Below, in pieces: positions 1 through 8,424 of a stretch of DNA of 38,128 bases. Numbering within the stretch: position 1 is the stretch's first letter; every line of letters begins with the position of its first letter. Source of the stretch: an uncultured Micropruina sp. (lineage in GTDB: Bacteria; Actinomycetota; Actinomycetes; Propionibacteriales; Propionibacteriaceae); assembly GCA_937863965.1 (NCBI GenBank), contig CALMIQ010000086.1, positions 1 through 38,128 of the forward strand. The letters run 5' to 3'. The translations under genes and the position numbers were made by a program. The notes below the pieces were generated by a model. It did no database searches, was not told the origin of the DNA, and saw only the letters and a program-made list of their open reading frames with translations.

Positions 1-1
1 C

Positions 2-1390
2 GCCGCCGCCCGAACCTCCGTCGCCCATGCCGCCGGAGCCTCCGTCACCGCCCCATCCCGGCGGCCCGGGCGGGCCGGGTTCCGTGGTCCAGGGTTCGAC
101 GGGCTGCGGTTCGACGGGCAGCGGCTGGGTCGGTGGCGGCTGCTGGTAGCTCGTCGTCCCACCGGTCGGGCCGGACGGCCAGGGTGGCACGACGACCGGG
201 ACGACGCGGGGGCCACCGGCCTCGGGGGCGGAGGTCGCCGGCTCGGGCGCGGGCTGCGCGGGCGCGGCGGGGCCGTGCCCGGCGACGTCGAAGATCCGGC
301 CGTCGCTGGCCCGCAGGTAGAGCACCGGGGTGCCCCATTCGACGTCGTTGTCGTCGCTGAACACCGCCACCCGGGCCTCGGCCAGCGCGGCGTCGATCGG
401 GTAGCCGTCGGCGATGGCGGCGTAGAACTCGGCGCTGAACACCGTGGCGGCGGCGTCGGTGATCTCGAACTGCATCGCGACGACCGCCGGAATGCCCTGC
501 ACGACCAGGCTCTGCGCCACCCCGCCGAGCGGGTCGGCCGGCGACTGCCGGGCGCCCTCACACGCGTTCAGCAGCACCAGCCGCAGCGTGTCGTGGTCGT
601 GGATCATGGTGGCCAGGTCCGAGCCGGACACCATGTGCGCCAGGTGGTGGTCGTCCTCGAAGGCCAGCATCCCCTCGGCGGTGTGGACGTTGAAGCCGCC
701 GTGCCCGATGAAGTGCAGCACGTGGAAGGTGCCCCGGCGCATGCTGCGGCGCAGTTCGGCCAGGGTGGCGTTCGGCACGACCGTCAGGCTCACCTGGCCG
801 GCCTGCTCGAGACCGGCCAGCGCCGACCGGATCCGCTGCACCTCGGCGTCGACGTCCAGGGTGGCCAGGTTGGTCGGCGAGGCGACCACCACCAGCACCT
901 GCAGCGGCGGGGTGACGGTCAGCGGTTCGACGCGGCGCGGCTGTGCCAGGTAGCGCACCACCGGCGTCTTGGTGGACAGCACCAGGAACTGCTTCAGGCC
1001 GGACGGATACAGGTACTCCCACGGCACGTCGGCCAGCTGCGGCGCCCCGCCGAGCCGCAGCCTGACCCGCAGGCCCTTGCCGTTCGCGGCCGCGGCGTCC
1101 AGGCTGCGCCGGAAGCAGATGCCGACCTCGCCGGCGAACAGGGCGTCGTACAGGGTGCTGCCGAACTGCTTGGCCAGCTGCTGGGTGGGCGACCCGATCG
1201 CCCGGACGCCCGAACGGGTCCGGCCGAGCTTGAGGATCACGTTCTCCAGCGCGTCCGGGTTGAACGGGAAGCTCATCGTGCCGGACGCCTCGCCGGTCGG
1301 CGAGGAGACCACCGACACCTGGTAGCTGTCGGGCGTCGCCGTGGCCTCGACCTCGAGGTCGAAGTCCAGGTAGTCCAGCGCCGCCACCAT
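2..1390 (-). CDS. CHAT-domain (caspase-like, clan CD) protease with Pro/Gly-rich C-terminal tail; 3' end runs off the window
   Basis: Not in the ORF track because it has no stop in the window. Translated by hand from ATG 1390 (RBS-like GGGGGA): MVAALDYLDFDLEVEA...LADVPWEYL...HVLHFIGHGGF...LRLVLLNACEGAR...PAVVAMQFEITD...EWGTPVLY. Contains the CHAT His-Gly and LNAC catalytic motifs. Confidence 0.9.
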   Translation of the reverse strand, partial: MVAALDYLDFDLEVEATATPDSYQVSVVSSPTGEASGTMSFPFNPDALENVILKLGRTRSGVRAIGSPTQQLAKQFGSTLYDALFAGEVGICFRRSLDAAAANGKGLRVRLRLGGAPQLADVPWEYLYPSGLKQFLVLSTKTPVVRYLAQPRRVEPLTVTPPLQVLVVVASPTNLATLDVDAEVQRIRSALAGLEQAGQVSLTVVPNATLAELRRSMRRGTFHVLHFIGHGGFNVHTAEGMLAFEDDHHLAHMVSGSDLATMIHDHDTLRLVLLNACEGARQSPADPLGGVAQSLVVQGIPAVVAMQFEITDAAATVFSAEFYAAIADGYPIDAALAEARVAVFSDDNDVEWGTPVLYLRASDGRIFDVAGHGPAAPAQPAPEPATSAPEAGGPRVVPVVVPPWPSGPTGGTTSYQQPPPTQPLPVEPQPVEPWTTEPGPPGPPGWGGDGGSGGMGDGGSGGG

Positions 1391-1395
1391 TCCCC

Positions 1396-2898
1396 CTAGC
1401 CGGTGAGCCAGCCCGCGATCCGGGTGGCCACGTCGCGTTGGCCGAAGAAGCTGCCGTGGTAGACCCCGCGCTCCCGGGGCAGCACCAGCCGGCGCTCCTC
1501 GGGGATCACCATGGCGTCGTCGCCCTCGTAGACCCCGGCGGTCGGCACAACCAGGTCGTTGGCGGCGCTGCCGAAGACCCGGTCGACCACCACGTTCTCG
1601 ACGTTCCGCAGCGTCATCGCCCGCCAGCCGCCGGACGGGGTGAAGTCGGCGGCCACCGCGAACTGCTCGGCCGGCAGGGCGGCGGCGTTGAACGACGCCA
1701 CGAAGTCGCCCGCCGAATCCATGGCGGCCAGCCCGGGAATGCCGACCAGACCGTACTTGGCGATGATCTTCACCACCACCAGCACCGAGGTGAGGGTGGT
1801 CTCGATCACGGCCGCCGGGCCGTCCGGAATCAGGTTCACGATGGTGGTGACCCGGTCGATGAACGGCACCAGGTTCGACGGGGTGGCCAGGGCCGTCCCG
1901 TGGTTCGCGCTGGCCACGTGCACGATCCGGCGCACGTCGAACACCGGGTCGGTGCCCTGCCCGGCCAGCGCCCGGCCGACCAGCCCGCCCCGGCTGTGGC
2001 AGACGATGTCGACATCGAGCTCCAGGCCGTCCGGCACCGCGGCGCGGACCAATTCGGCGTTCTCGATCGGGTCGACGCCCAGCGTGTGGTGGTCGATCGC
2101 GGCCACCCGCCCCCCGTACTGGGCACTCAGCGCTGCCAGCACGTCCGGCGGGAACGCCTGGAAGGCGGTGTGGGTGTTGACGAAGGTGCCGTGCACGAAC
2201 CACAGGCTGCGGCCGGAGGCCAGCCGCCGCCAGTCGGCCTCGGTCAGGTCGGGCGCGTCGCCGCTGGTGTAGTCGGACGCGGTGAAGGTGCGGACGCGGG
2301 CCTTGCGGGCATTCCCCTCCCACAGGCGCGCGGCGGCGCCGGCCAGCGGCGGCACCACCAGCTCGGCCAGCGGCAGGGCGATCAGTTCCAGCACCTTGCG
2401 GCCGATGAACCCGAGGACGCCGCGGTCGGTCGCCCCCTCCTCGGGGGCCGGGCTGCTGGCGAAGGCGGGGACGATGAACCGGACCACGTCGCCGGAGCCC
2501 CGGGTGGTGGGTGCCAGGTCGTCGCCGGCGTCGACCGGGAAGTTCCAGCTGACGACGCCGTTCTCGTCGACGGCGAGCAGCACCTGGGCGACGTCCTCGC
2601 CGAGGTCGGGCACGGTGACCTCCATCCCCGCCTCGTCGGTCACCGGGGACCGGACGTCGCCGATCGGCGCGTTCGGCACCGGCGCGACGTCCAGGGTGAT
2701 CACCCGCAGGCGCAGGAAGCCCTCCTTGGTGAGGGCGGCGTCCAGGGCCTCCCCGGAGCCGTCCACCTCGGGTGCCCGGGTGTCGGCTCCCGGGCCGACG
2801 TCGTGCACCTCGGCCCGGCCGCGCAGGCCGGGGGCGCGCACCGCGATGCCCTGACCGAGGTTGATCTGCCGGGAACTGCCGTCGAGGGTGGTGGCCAT
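1396..2898 (-). CDS. Alpha/beta hydrolase (lipase/PGAP1-like) with an N-terminal extension, 500 aa
   Basis: C-terminal part of the 1396..4722 track ORF. ATG 2898 overlaps the upstream TGA (TGATG). Motifs: FVHGTF (oxyanion loop), VCHSRGGLV (nucleophile elbow), ANHGT, NDLVVP (acid), YHGSFF (His). Confidence 0.85.
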   Translation of the reverse strand: MATTLDGSSRQINLGQGIAVRAPGLRGRAEVHDVGPGADTRAPEVDGSGEALDAALTKEGFLRLRVITLDVAPVPNAPIGDVRSPVTDEAGMEVTVPDLGEDVAQVLLAVDENGVVSWNFPVDAGDDLAPTTRGSGDVVRFIVPAFASSPAPEEGATDRGVLGFIGRKVLELIALPLAELVVPPLAGAAARLWEGNARKARVRTFTASDYTSGDAPDLTEADWRRLASGRSLWFVHGTFVNTHTAFQAFPPDVLAALSAQYGGRVAAIDHHTLGVDPIENAELVRAAVPDGLELDVDIVCHSRGGLVGRALAGQGTDPVFDVRRIVHVASANHGTALATPSNLVPFIDRVTTIVNLIPDGPAAVIETTLTSVLVVVKIIAKYGLVGIPGLAAMDSAGDFVASFNAAALPAEQFAVAADFTPSGGWRAMTLRNVENVVVDRVFGSAANDLVVPTAGVYEGDDAMVIPEERRLVLPRERGVYHGSFFGQRDVATRIAGWLTG

Positions 2899-5000
2899 CA
2901 GTGGGTTTCCTGCCTGGTGAGGATCAATCCGGGATGCCCGTAGTAGGCGTAGGCGAGCGGGGTGGTCTGGTCCCGCTTCGGGAAGGTGGCGAACCGGGCA
3001 CGCAGTTCGCGCATCACGTCGCCGACGGGGCGTCCCTTGCCGATCGTCTCGGCGTAGAAGGCGAGCGCGGTGTCCTTGGCGATGCCGTCGTTGACGTTCC
3101 ACAGCGGGGCGATGAACGCCCGGGCGCCGGCCCGCAGGAACGCGGCGGCCAACCCGCCCTCGACCAGCGCGCCGCCGGCCTCGGTGGCCAGCTGGCAGCA
3201 GTTCAGGAAGACCAGCGGGGCGGCGGTCTTGGTGAACGGGGAGCCGACCACGATCGTCTCGTCGATCCGCACCGACGAGTTCGACAGGATCACCCCGGTG
3301 TTGATCGGCGACTGCGGGTCGACCTCGCCGTGCGAGGCGACGTGCAGCACCTGCACGTCGATCACCGCGCCACGATCGGTGAACTGCCCCTTGAGCAGGG
3401 TGGCGACGTCTTCGGCGGTGGCCTTCACCCACACCGACGGGTAGGTGTCGGTGAGTTGCCGGCCCTCCTCGATCGCCTCCTTGAGCGATTTCATGCCCGA
3501 GCTCGCGTTGAACTCGCCGATCACCACGGCGAGGCTCTTGATCGCCATCGTCTCGGCCGGGGTCGTGTTGGGCCGGCGGATCCCGGACGGCGTCTCGGGG
3601 CCGGCCGGACGCCAGCGTCCGACGATCGCCTGGGCACCCAGGATCTGCGGCGCCGCCTCGTCGACCAGCGTGCGGTCGACGATGAAGTCCTCGTTGGTGG
3701 TGGCCAGCTCCCAGGGCACCAGCGACTCCTGGGAGACCAGCAGGACGGTCGGCAGCCGTCCGTCGTCCTTGGCCACCCGCCAGACCGCGGCCAGCACCTT
3801 CCAGAACCACAGCGGCATGACGCTCGCCACATCGCTGGCGACCCCGGCGACGCGGAGTTCGGCCACCGGGCTGCCGTCGACCCGCGCCATCTCGAGGATC
3901 TTGCCGAGCGCGAACGTCTCGGCGGTGTCCCGTTCCAGCCGGGTGATCACCTGCTCGTCGGGCAGGGTCACCGGGTGCGGGGTGGTGAAGGTCCACAGGA
4001 AGGTGCCGTCGGCCTCGCCGCGGCTGATCGAGACGGTCAGGTCGATCGGCACGCTCTGGTCGAGATCGACCGCGACCTCGCCGCCGGTGGTCGAGGCAGG
4101 CGCCTCGGCAGGGGCGTCCGGGGTGACCAGCAGCTCGCGCCACGCGGTACCGATCAGCAGCCCGTTGTGGCCGTACTCCACCTCGATCCGGCCGCGCCAC
4201 GGCTCGGCGACCGCGGGAGCGGTGAGGTGGAACGTGGCGGTGTGGGCCCCCACGTCGGCCGGATCGAACTCCAGCTCCTGCCGGACCTCGGCAACGGTGA
4301 AATTCTCCGCCTTGATCTGCAGGGTCAGCTGCGTGGTCGGGTGATCGGTGACGATCGTCATCGCCGCACCCTGGACGCCCGGCTGCGCCTCCTTGGCCAG
4401 GCCGACCCGCACCTCGAAGGTGGCGGCGGGCGCCACCTGCTCGGGGACGTCGACCCGTGGAAAGGCCTGGACGGAGGCGGGCGGGGCCGCCGGCCCCCCG
4501 TTGGCCTGATCCCGGGGGCCGGGTATCCGCTCCGCCGGCGCGGGTTCCGGTTCGGGTTGCGCCGGTCCGGGCGGTGCCGGTTGGGGTGCGGACGGTACCG
4601 GCGGCGGGACGGCCGCCACCGGTGGTGGCGCGAAGTCGATGCCCCGGGTGGGGCCACGGTCGGACCAGGCCGTGCCCGGCATCCAACCGACGGCCCGGCC
4701 GCCGTCGACGACCAGGCCGCACCAGGTGCCGTCGGCGACCTCGGGGTCGCCCAGCTGGCGCACCTGGTCCGCGCCGTGCTCATGCAGATCGAGCGACACG
4801 CCGAGCGGCATGTCCGGGTCGAGCCCGGGGGCCATCACCCGCTCGCGGTCGGATTCGGTCAGCGGGTACCACAGCACCTCGCCGGTGGCACGGGGGTGCA
4901 GCCGCCGGACCACGACCATCGCGGTCGAGCCGATCGACGTCATCGCCGATCGGGCCGCGGCAAGGGTCATTGCGGCATCAAGTACGACGATGGGATCCAT
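2898..5000 (-). CDS. CHAT-domain caspase-like protease, 700 aa, with N-terminal domain, Pro-rich linker and beta-rich middle domain
   Basis: RBS GAGGAG before ATG 5000. Motifs: LVPWEL, VLHVASHG, LVFLNCC, AFLRAGARAFIAPLWNVND, LAYAYYGHP. Confidence 0.9.
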   Translation of the reverse strand: MDPIVVLDAAMTLAAARSAMTSIGSTAMVVVRRLHPRATGEVLWYPLTESDRERVMAPGLDPDMPLGVSLDLHEHGADQVRQLGDPEVADGTWCGLVVDGGRAVGWMPGTAWSDRGPTRGIDFAPPPVAAVPPPVPSAPQPAPPGPAQPEPEPAPAERIPGPRDQANGGPAAPPASVQAFPRVDVPEQVAPAATFEVRVGLAKEAQPGVQGAAMTIVTDHPTTQLTLQIKAENFTVAEVRQELEFDPADVGAHTATFHLTAPAVAEPWRGRIEVEYGHNGLLIGTAWRELLVTPDAPAEAPASTTGGEVAVDLDQSVPIDLTVSISRGEADGTFLWTFTTPHPVTLPDEQVITRLERDTAETFALGKILEMARVDGSPVAELRVAGVASDVASVMPLWFWKVLAAVWRVAKDDGRLPTVLLVSQESLVPWELATTNEDFIVDRTLVDEAAPQILGAQAIVGRWRPAGPETPSGIRRPNTTPAETMAIKSLAVVIGEFNASSGMKSLKEAIEEGRQLTDTYPSVWVKATAEDVATLLKGQFTDRGAVIDVQVLHVASHGEVDPQSPINTGVILSNSSVRIDETIVVGSPFTKTAAPLVFLNCCQLATEAGGALVEGGLAAAFLRAGARAFIAPLWNVNDGIAKDTALAFYAETIGKGRPVGDVMRELRARFATFPKRDQTTPLAYAYYGHPGLILTRQETH

Positions 5001-5094
5001 CGGGCGACTCCTCTCCGGTCAAGGAGGCGGCGCGGTCGCGCAGTGATACGCAGCGTAGGACGCGCGGCGCACGACGAGAAACCCTGCCGCGGGA

Positions 5095-5613
5095 TCAACG
5101 GTCGGAAATGTGCTCGCGGGGACGCCAGACGCCGCCGCTTCCCGGGCTGGGCACCGGGGAGCCGACCGCCGGCTGGGTGGTGGTGACCGCGTCGCCGGCG
5201 CGGCCGTCCGGTCGGAGGATGCGGACGGTGAAGGTGACGATCGCGTAGCTCAGCCGGACCTCGTCCAGCATGGTGTCGTCGGTGGCGCTGACGACGTAGC
5301 CGCTCACCCGGACGTCGGTGAGCCGCACCTCGGTGATCATCCCGGAGCGTCCGAGCGCCGGTTCCCGGGTGAGGACCGCCTCGGGGGCCAGCCGGCCCAT
5401 GGCGCAGGCTTCCAGCAGCCGGGGCGAGGCGCTGCCGCTGCGACAGCTGAGGGTGAGTTCGCTGAGGTCGGGCCGGTTGGCTCGGGTGCCGGTGCCGAAG
5501 GTGCCGGTGGCGAGCGAGCAGCCGAAGCCCCAGGCCGCCACCTCGATCGCACCCTCGTGCCGCTCCGCCACCGAATCGCCGGGGATTCCCGGGATCGCCA
5601 GGTAACTGGGCAT
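5095..5613 (-). CDS. hcp: Hcp1/TssD-family (T6SS-type) tube protein, orphan and divergent
   Basis: RBS AGGAGG. YLAIPGIPGDS..HEGAIEVAAWGFG...SASPRLLEACAMG...EAVLT...VRLTDVRVSGY...EVRLSYAIV...PDG follows the Hcp1 pattern along its length. Confidence 0.8.
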   Translation of the reverse strand: MPSYLAIPGIPGDSVAERHEGAIEVAAWGFGCSLATGTFGTGTRANRPDLSELTLSCRSGSASPRLLEACAMGRLAPEAVLTREPALGRSGMITEVRLTDVRVSGYVVSATDDTMLDEVRLSYAIVTFTVRILRPDGRAGDAVTTTQPAVGSPVPSPGSGGVWRPREHISDR

Positions 5614-5707
5614 GGCAGCCTCCTACCTATGTGGGTGCTCGAAGGTAGCCCATCGGAGGCGACGCCGGTAGGTCGCGGAATTACCTAGTCCGGCCGGTGG
5701 TCGGCGC

Positions 5708-7492
5708 TCAGGCGACGAGTTGGAGCTCGTGCCAGTACGCCGGGTGTGCCCGCAGGTCGCGGTCGCGCTGGCTGTTCGTCGTCACCATGCCGGTGCGGGT
5801 GTTGCCGACCCGGTCGCTGATCACGATGTTGGCGGCCAGCTTGGTACCCAGCTGGAACTGGTTCAGCCGGGTGTTCGCCCAGGGAATCCGGGCCTCGAGC
5901 ACGTAGCCGTCGGCGCGCGGCGCGATCACCGCCTGGACCTGCGTCGTCCACATCGGGGGCTCGAACGAGCGGCCGTTGGCCGTCGCGCCCATCACGCCGA
6001 TCGCGGCCGGCGTGCGGCGGCCGAACATGTAGTAGGCGTCCGCCTGCCGGGCCCACGACCCGGTGTCCGCTGGGCGCTCGGGCCCCAGCTCCAGGGTGAT
6101 CCCGTCGCCGTTGTAGAGCTGGCTGGGCCGGTTCGGGTCGGGTGGGTTGACGGTCGGATCGAACACGATCGCCAGCACGTACAGCGCCTGGTCGTCCCAC
6201 AGCAGGTAGACGCTGCCGGTGGCGTTGGTGGGGGCCGTCCCGGCGATCGGGAAGCTCGCCTTGACCTCGTCCCGCCACAACCAGTCGGCGGTGTTGCCGT
6301 CCAGGGTGACCTGGCCGATGCCGACCTTCGTGGCGCGCAGCACCGGTTTGGTCGGGTCGACGGGCGGGAGCACCGTCGGCGTCGGGGTGGGCGTGGGGGT
6401 GGGCGTCGGCGGCGCCTTGAGCGTGCGTCCGCAGCGATGGTCGGACCAGGGGCTCGGCCCCGCGGCCCCGATGGCCCGCAGCCGGAAGCAGACCTCGGTG
6501 TCCGAGGGCAGGTCCGGCACCTCCAGCCGGGTCACGTTCTGGGCCGGCTGGGGAGCCTTCCCGACGTCCTGGCCGTTCTTGTCGACCTCCTGGAGTTCGA
6601 ACCGCTCCACCGACTCGATCGGCTCCCAGGTCGCCCGCACGCTCGTCGCGGTCTGGCCCTGCACCGAGACCAGGACCGGCTTCGGCGGGGCACCGCGGGC
6701 CGCCAGCGAGGGTACGGCCGCCGTCGGGCGCTTCACGAACTGCTCCACGATCAGGGGTGCGAGCAGGGTGAGGATGGCGAGCAGGATCACCGCGGCCGTG
6801 CCGATCATGGCCGGCTTGGAGGCCTTCTGGTCGAACGCGGCATCGACGCTCACCTGGGCGGCCGCGCGGCCGGGGGCCGGTTCCGCGTCGGTGCGGGTGC
6901 CGACCACGCGGAACGGGCGGCGGCCCGGCGGCCGCCACAGCAGCGGGCGCTTGGCGATCGCCGCCACATCGACCTCGGCGGTGCCGCCGGGCGGCAGGGT
7001 GACGGTCGCCGGGCGGACCCGGAAGCCGAGGGCCTCGTCCGGGTCGAACGCGTCCACGCGCAGCTGCACGGTGGTGTTGCCCGCATTGCTCAGCGACACC
7101 CGGTGGCGACCCAGTGCCCGGCCCGGTGAGGTGGCCGGCGTGATCCCGGCCTGCACGTCGAACACCTCGGCGACCTCGACCTCGGCCTCGGCGGTCGCGC
7201 TGAACTGCGGGTCGAGCGTCGAGCGGGCGATCACCCCGAACCCGCGGCGCCCGCCCGGCACGCCGGTGCCGGCGGGCGGCTGCAGGACGACGGTGACCGT
7301 GGCCTCCTGCTGCGGGTAGACCGAGACCTCGGGCGGTTCCACCCTCGACCAGCCGGCGACCGGCCCGAGCACCTCCAGCCGATAGCCGTCGACCACGGTG
7401 CCGGTGTTGGTCAGGGTGGCCTTCACCCGCGCCTGACCGCCGGGCTGCACGGAGGTGAACTCGGCGTCGAGGCGAATGGTGGGGTCGGCCAC
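5708..7492 (-). CDS. CIS-associated bitopic membrane protein: Ig-like N-terminal domains, TM helix, FN3, PT linker, CBM9/DOMON-like sugar-binding domain
   Basis: N-terminal LTNTGTVVDGY / LSNAGNT beta domains. TM AAVILLAILTLLAPLIV. FN3 motif LPSDTEVCFRLRAIGAAGPSPWS. PTPTPTPT linker. C-terminal TLDGNTADW...LLWDDQALY...GYVLEARIPW. Confidence 0.75.
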   Translation of the reverse strand: MADPTIRLDAEFTSVQPGGQARVKATLTNTGTVVDGYRLEVLGPVAGWSRVEPPEVSVYPQQEATVTVVLQPPAGTGVPGGRRGFGVIARSTLDPQFSATAEAEVEVAEVFDVQAGITPATSPGRALGRHRVSLSNAGNTTVQLRVDAFDPDEALGFRVRPATVTLPPGGTAEVDVAAIAKRPLLWRPPGRRPFRVVGTRTDAEPAPGRAAAQVSVDAAFDQKASKPAMIGTAAVILLAILTLLAPLIVEQFVKRPTAAVPSLAARGAPPKPVLVSVQGQTATSVRATWEPIESVERFELQEVDKNGQDVGKAPQPAQNVTRLEVPDLPSDTEVCFRLRAIGAAGPSPWSDHRCGRTLKAPPTPTPTPTPTPTVLPPVDPTKPVLRATKVGIGQVTLDGNTADWLWRDEVKASFPIAGTAPTNATGSVYLLWDDQALYVLAIVFDPTVNPPDPNRPSQLYNGDGITLELGPERPADTGSWARQADAYYMFGRRTPAAIGVMGATANGRSFEPPMWTTQVQAVIAPRADGYVLEARIPWANTRLNQFQLGTKLAANIVISDRVGNTRTGMVTTNSQRDRDLRAHPAYWHELQLVA

Positions 7493-7498
7493 AGGCCG

Positions 7499-7504
7499 AT
7501 ACTA
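7499..7504 (-). promoter_or_regulatory. -10 hexamer TAGTAT, probable leaderless promoter of the 5708..7492 gene
   Basis: TANNNT 6 nt upstream of the GTG start. Confidence 0.55.
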
Positions 7505-7526
7505 TTCTCCGCCGCCAGGGCTGGGC

Positions 7527-7575
7527 TGCCCCAACGGGCACAATTCGATGCCCCCCGGATGCCCCCACGATGCCC
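7527..7575 (+). promoter_or_regulatory. CIS box 1: TGCCC-CAAC-GGGCA plus TGCCC at 7549, 7560 and 7571
   Basis: Palindrome followed by half-sites at 22/11/11-bp spacing. CAGACT at 7609-7614 lies 6 nt before ATG 7621. Confidence 0.65.
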
Positions 7576-7620
7576 TCCGGGTGGCTCCGCCGCGCGGGCG
7601 TCCGCGACCAGACTGGGCGG

Positions 7621-8424
7621 ATGATCCACGAGGTGGACGCCGCGCTCCGCGCGCTGATCGACCGCGAGACCGGGATCCGCGACGTCGAGGTGGTCTTCGA
7701 CGCCCCGACCCGGGAATGGGCCGGGCGCCGGACGGTGCCGACGATCGACGTCTACCTGTACGACATCAGGGAGGATCTGCGGCGCCGCGAGCGCGGCGTC
7801 CTCAACGAGTACAACGCCGACCAGAGCCAGATCGTCGGCCGGCATCTGCCGCCGCGGCACTTCAAACTGTCCTATCTGGTCACCGCCTGGACGCAGCGGC
7901 CCGAGGACGAGCACCGGCTGCTGTCCGCGCTGCTCGGCGCGTTCCTGCGCTACGACGCGCTGCCGGCCGATCTGCTCTCCGGGCCGCTGGCCGAGATCGG
8001 GCTGCCGGTGCCGTTGACGGTCGGGTTGCCGCCGCCGGAGGATCGCGGGTTCGCCGACGTCTGGTCGGCGTTGGGCGGTGAGCTGAAGCCGTCCATCGAC
8101 GTCGTGGTCAGCGCTCCGGTGAGCACCGGGCAGCAGTTCCCGGTCGGCCCTCCGGTGGAGGCGCCCCCGCTGTTCAGCTTCGGCGGCTCCGGCGGCTTCC
8201 CGGGCACCGAGCGGGTCTCGCTCATGGACGAGCCGGCGGCCGACGGAGACCCGGCCGCAGCCGGCCCCGATCGGCAGACGGGTGAGGACGGCGACTTCGA
8301 TGAGTCGTCCGGCCAGCGACGCCGGGCGGGGAAGCCGGCGCACTCGATCGGGCCGGCCGACGCGACCGGTTCCGGACGGGTCGCCATGCGGCGGCGCGGG
8401 CTGACCATCAAGAGGACCCGATGA
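7621..8424 (+). CDS. DUF4255 / Pvc16-Afp16-type CIS cap (tail terminator) protein
   Basis: MIHEVDAALRALI...FDAPTREWAGRR..PTIDVYLYDIREDLRRR...FKLSYLVTAWTQRPEDEHRLLS...DVWSALGGELKPSIDVVV; directly upstream of the CIS ATPase. Confidence 0.9.
   Translation: MIHEVDAALRALIDRETGIRDVEVVFDAPTREWAGRRTVPTIDVYLYDIREDLRRRERGVLNEYNADQSQIVGRHLPPRHFKLSYLVTAWTQRPEDEHRLLSALLGAFLRYDALPADLLSGPLAEIGLPVPLTVGLPPPEDRGFADVWSALGGELKPSIDVVVSAPVSTGQQFPVGPPVEAPPLFSFGGSGGFPGTERVSLMDEPAADGDPAAAGPDRQTGEDGDFDESSGQRRRAGKPAHSIGPADATGSGRVAMRRRGLTIKRTR

Noticed and set aside
2899-4722. N-terminal ~600 aa of the 1108-aa track ORF 1396..4722
   Set aside because: Arg/Gly/Pro-rich off-frame overlap of the CHAT gene; the real protein starts at ATG 2898.
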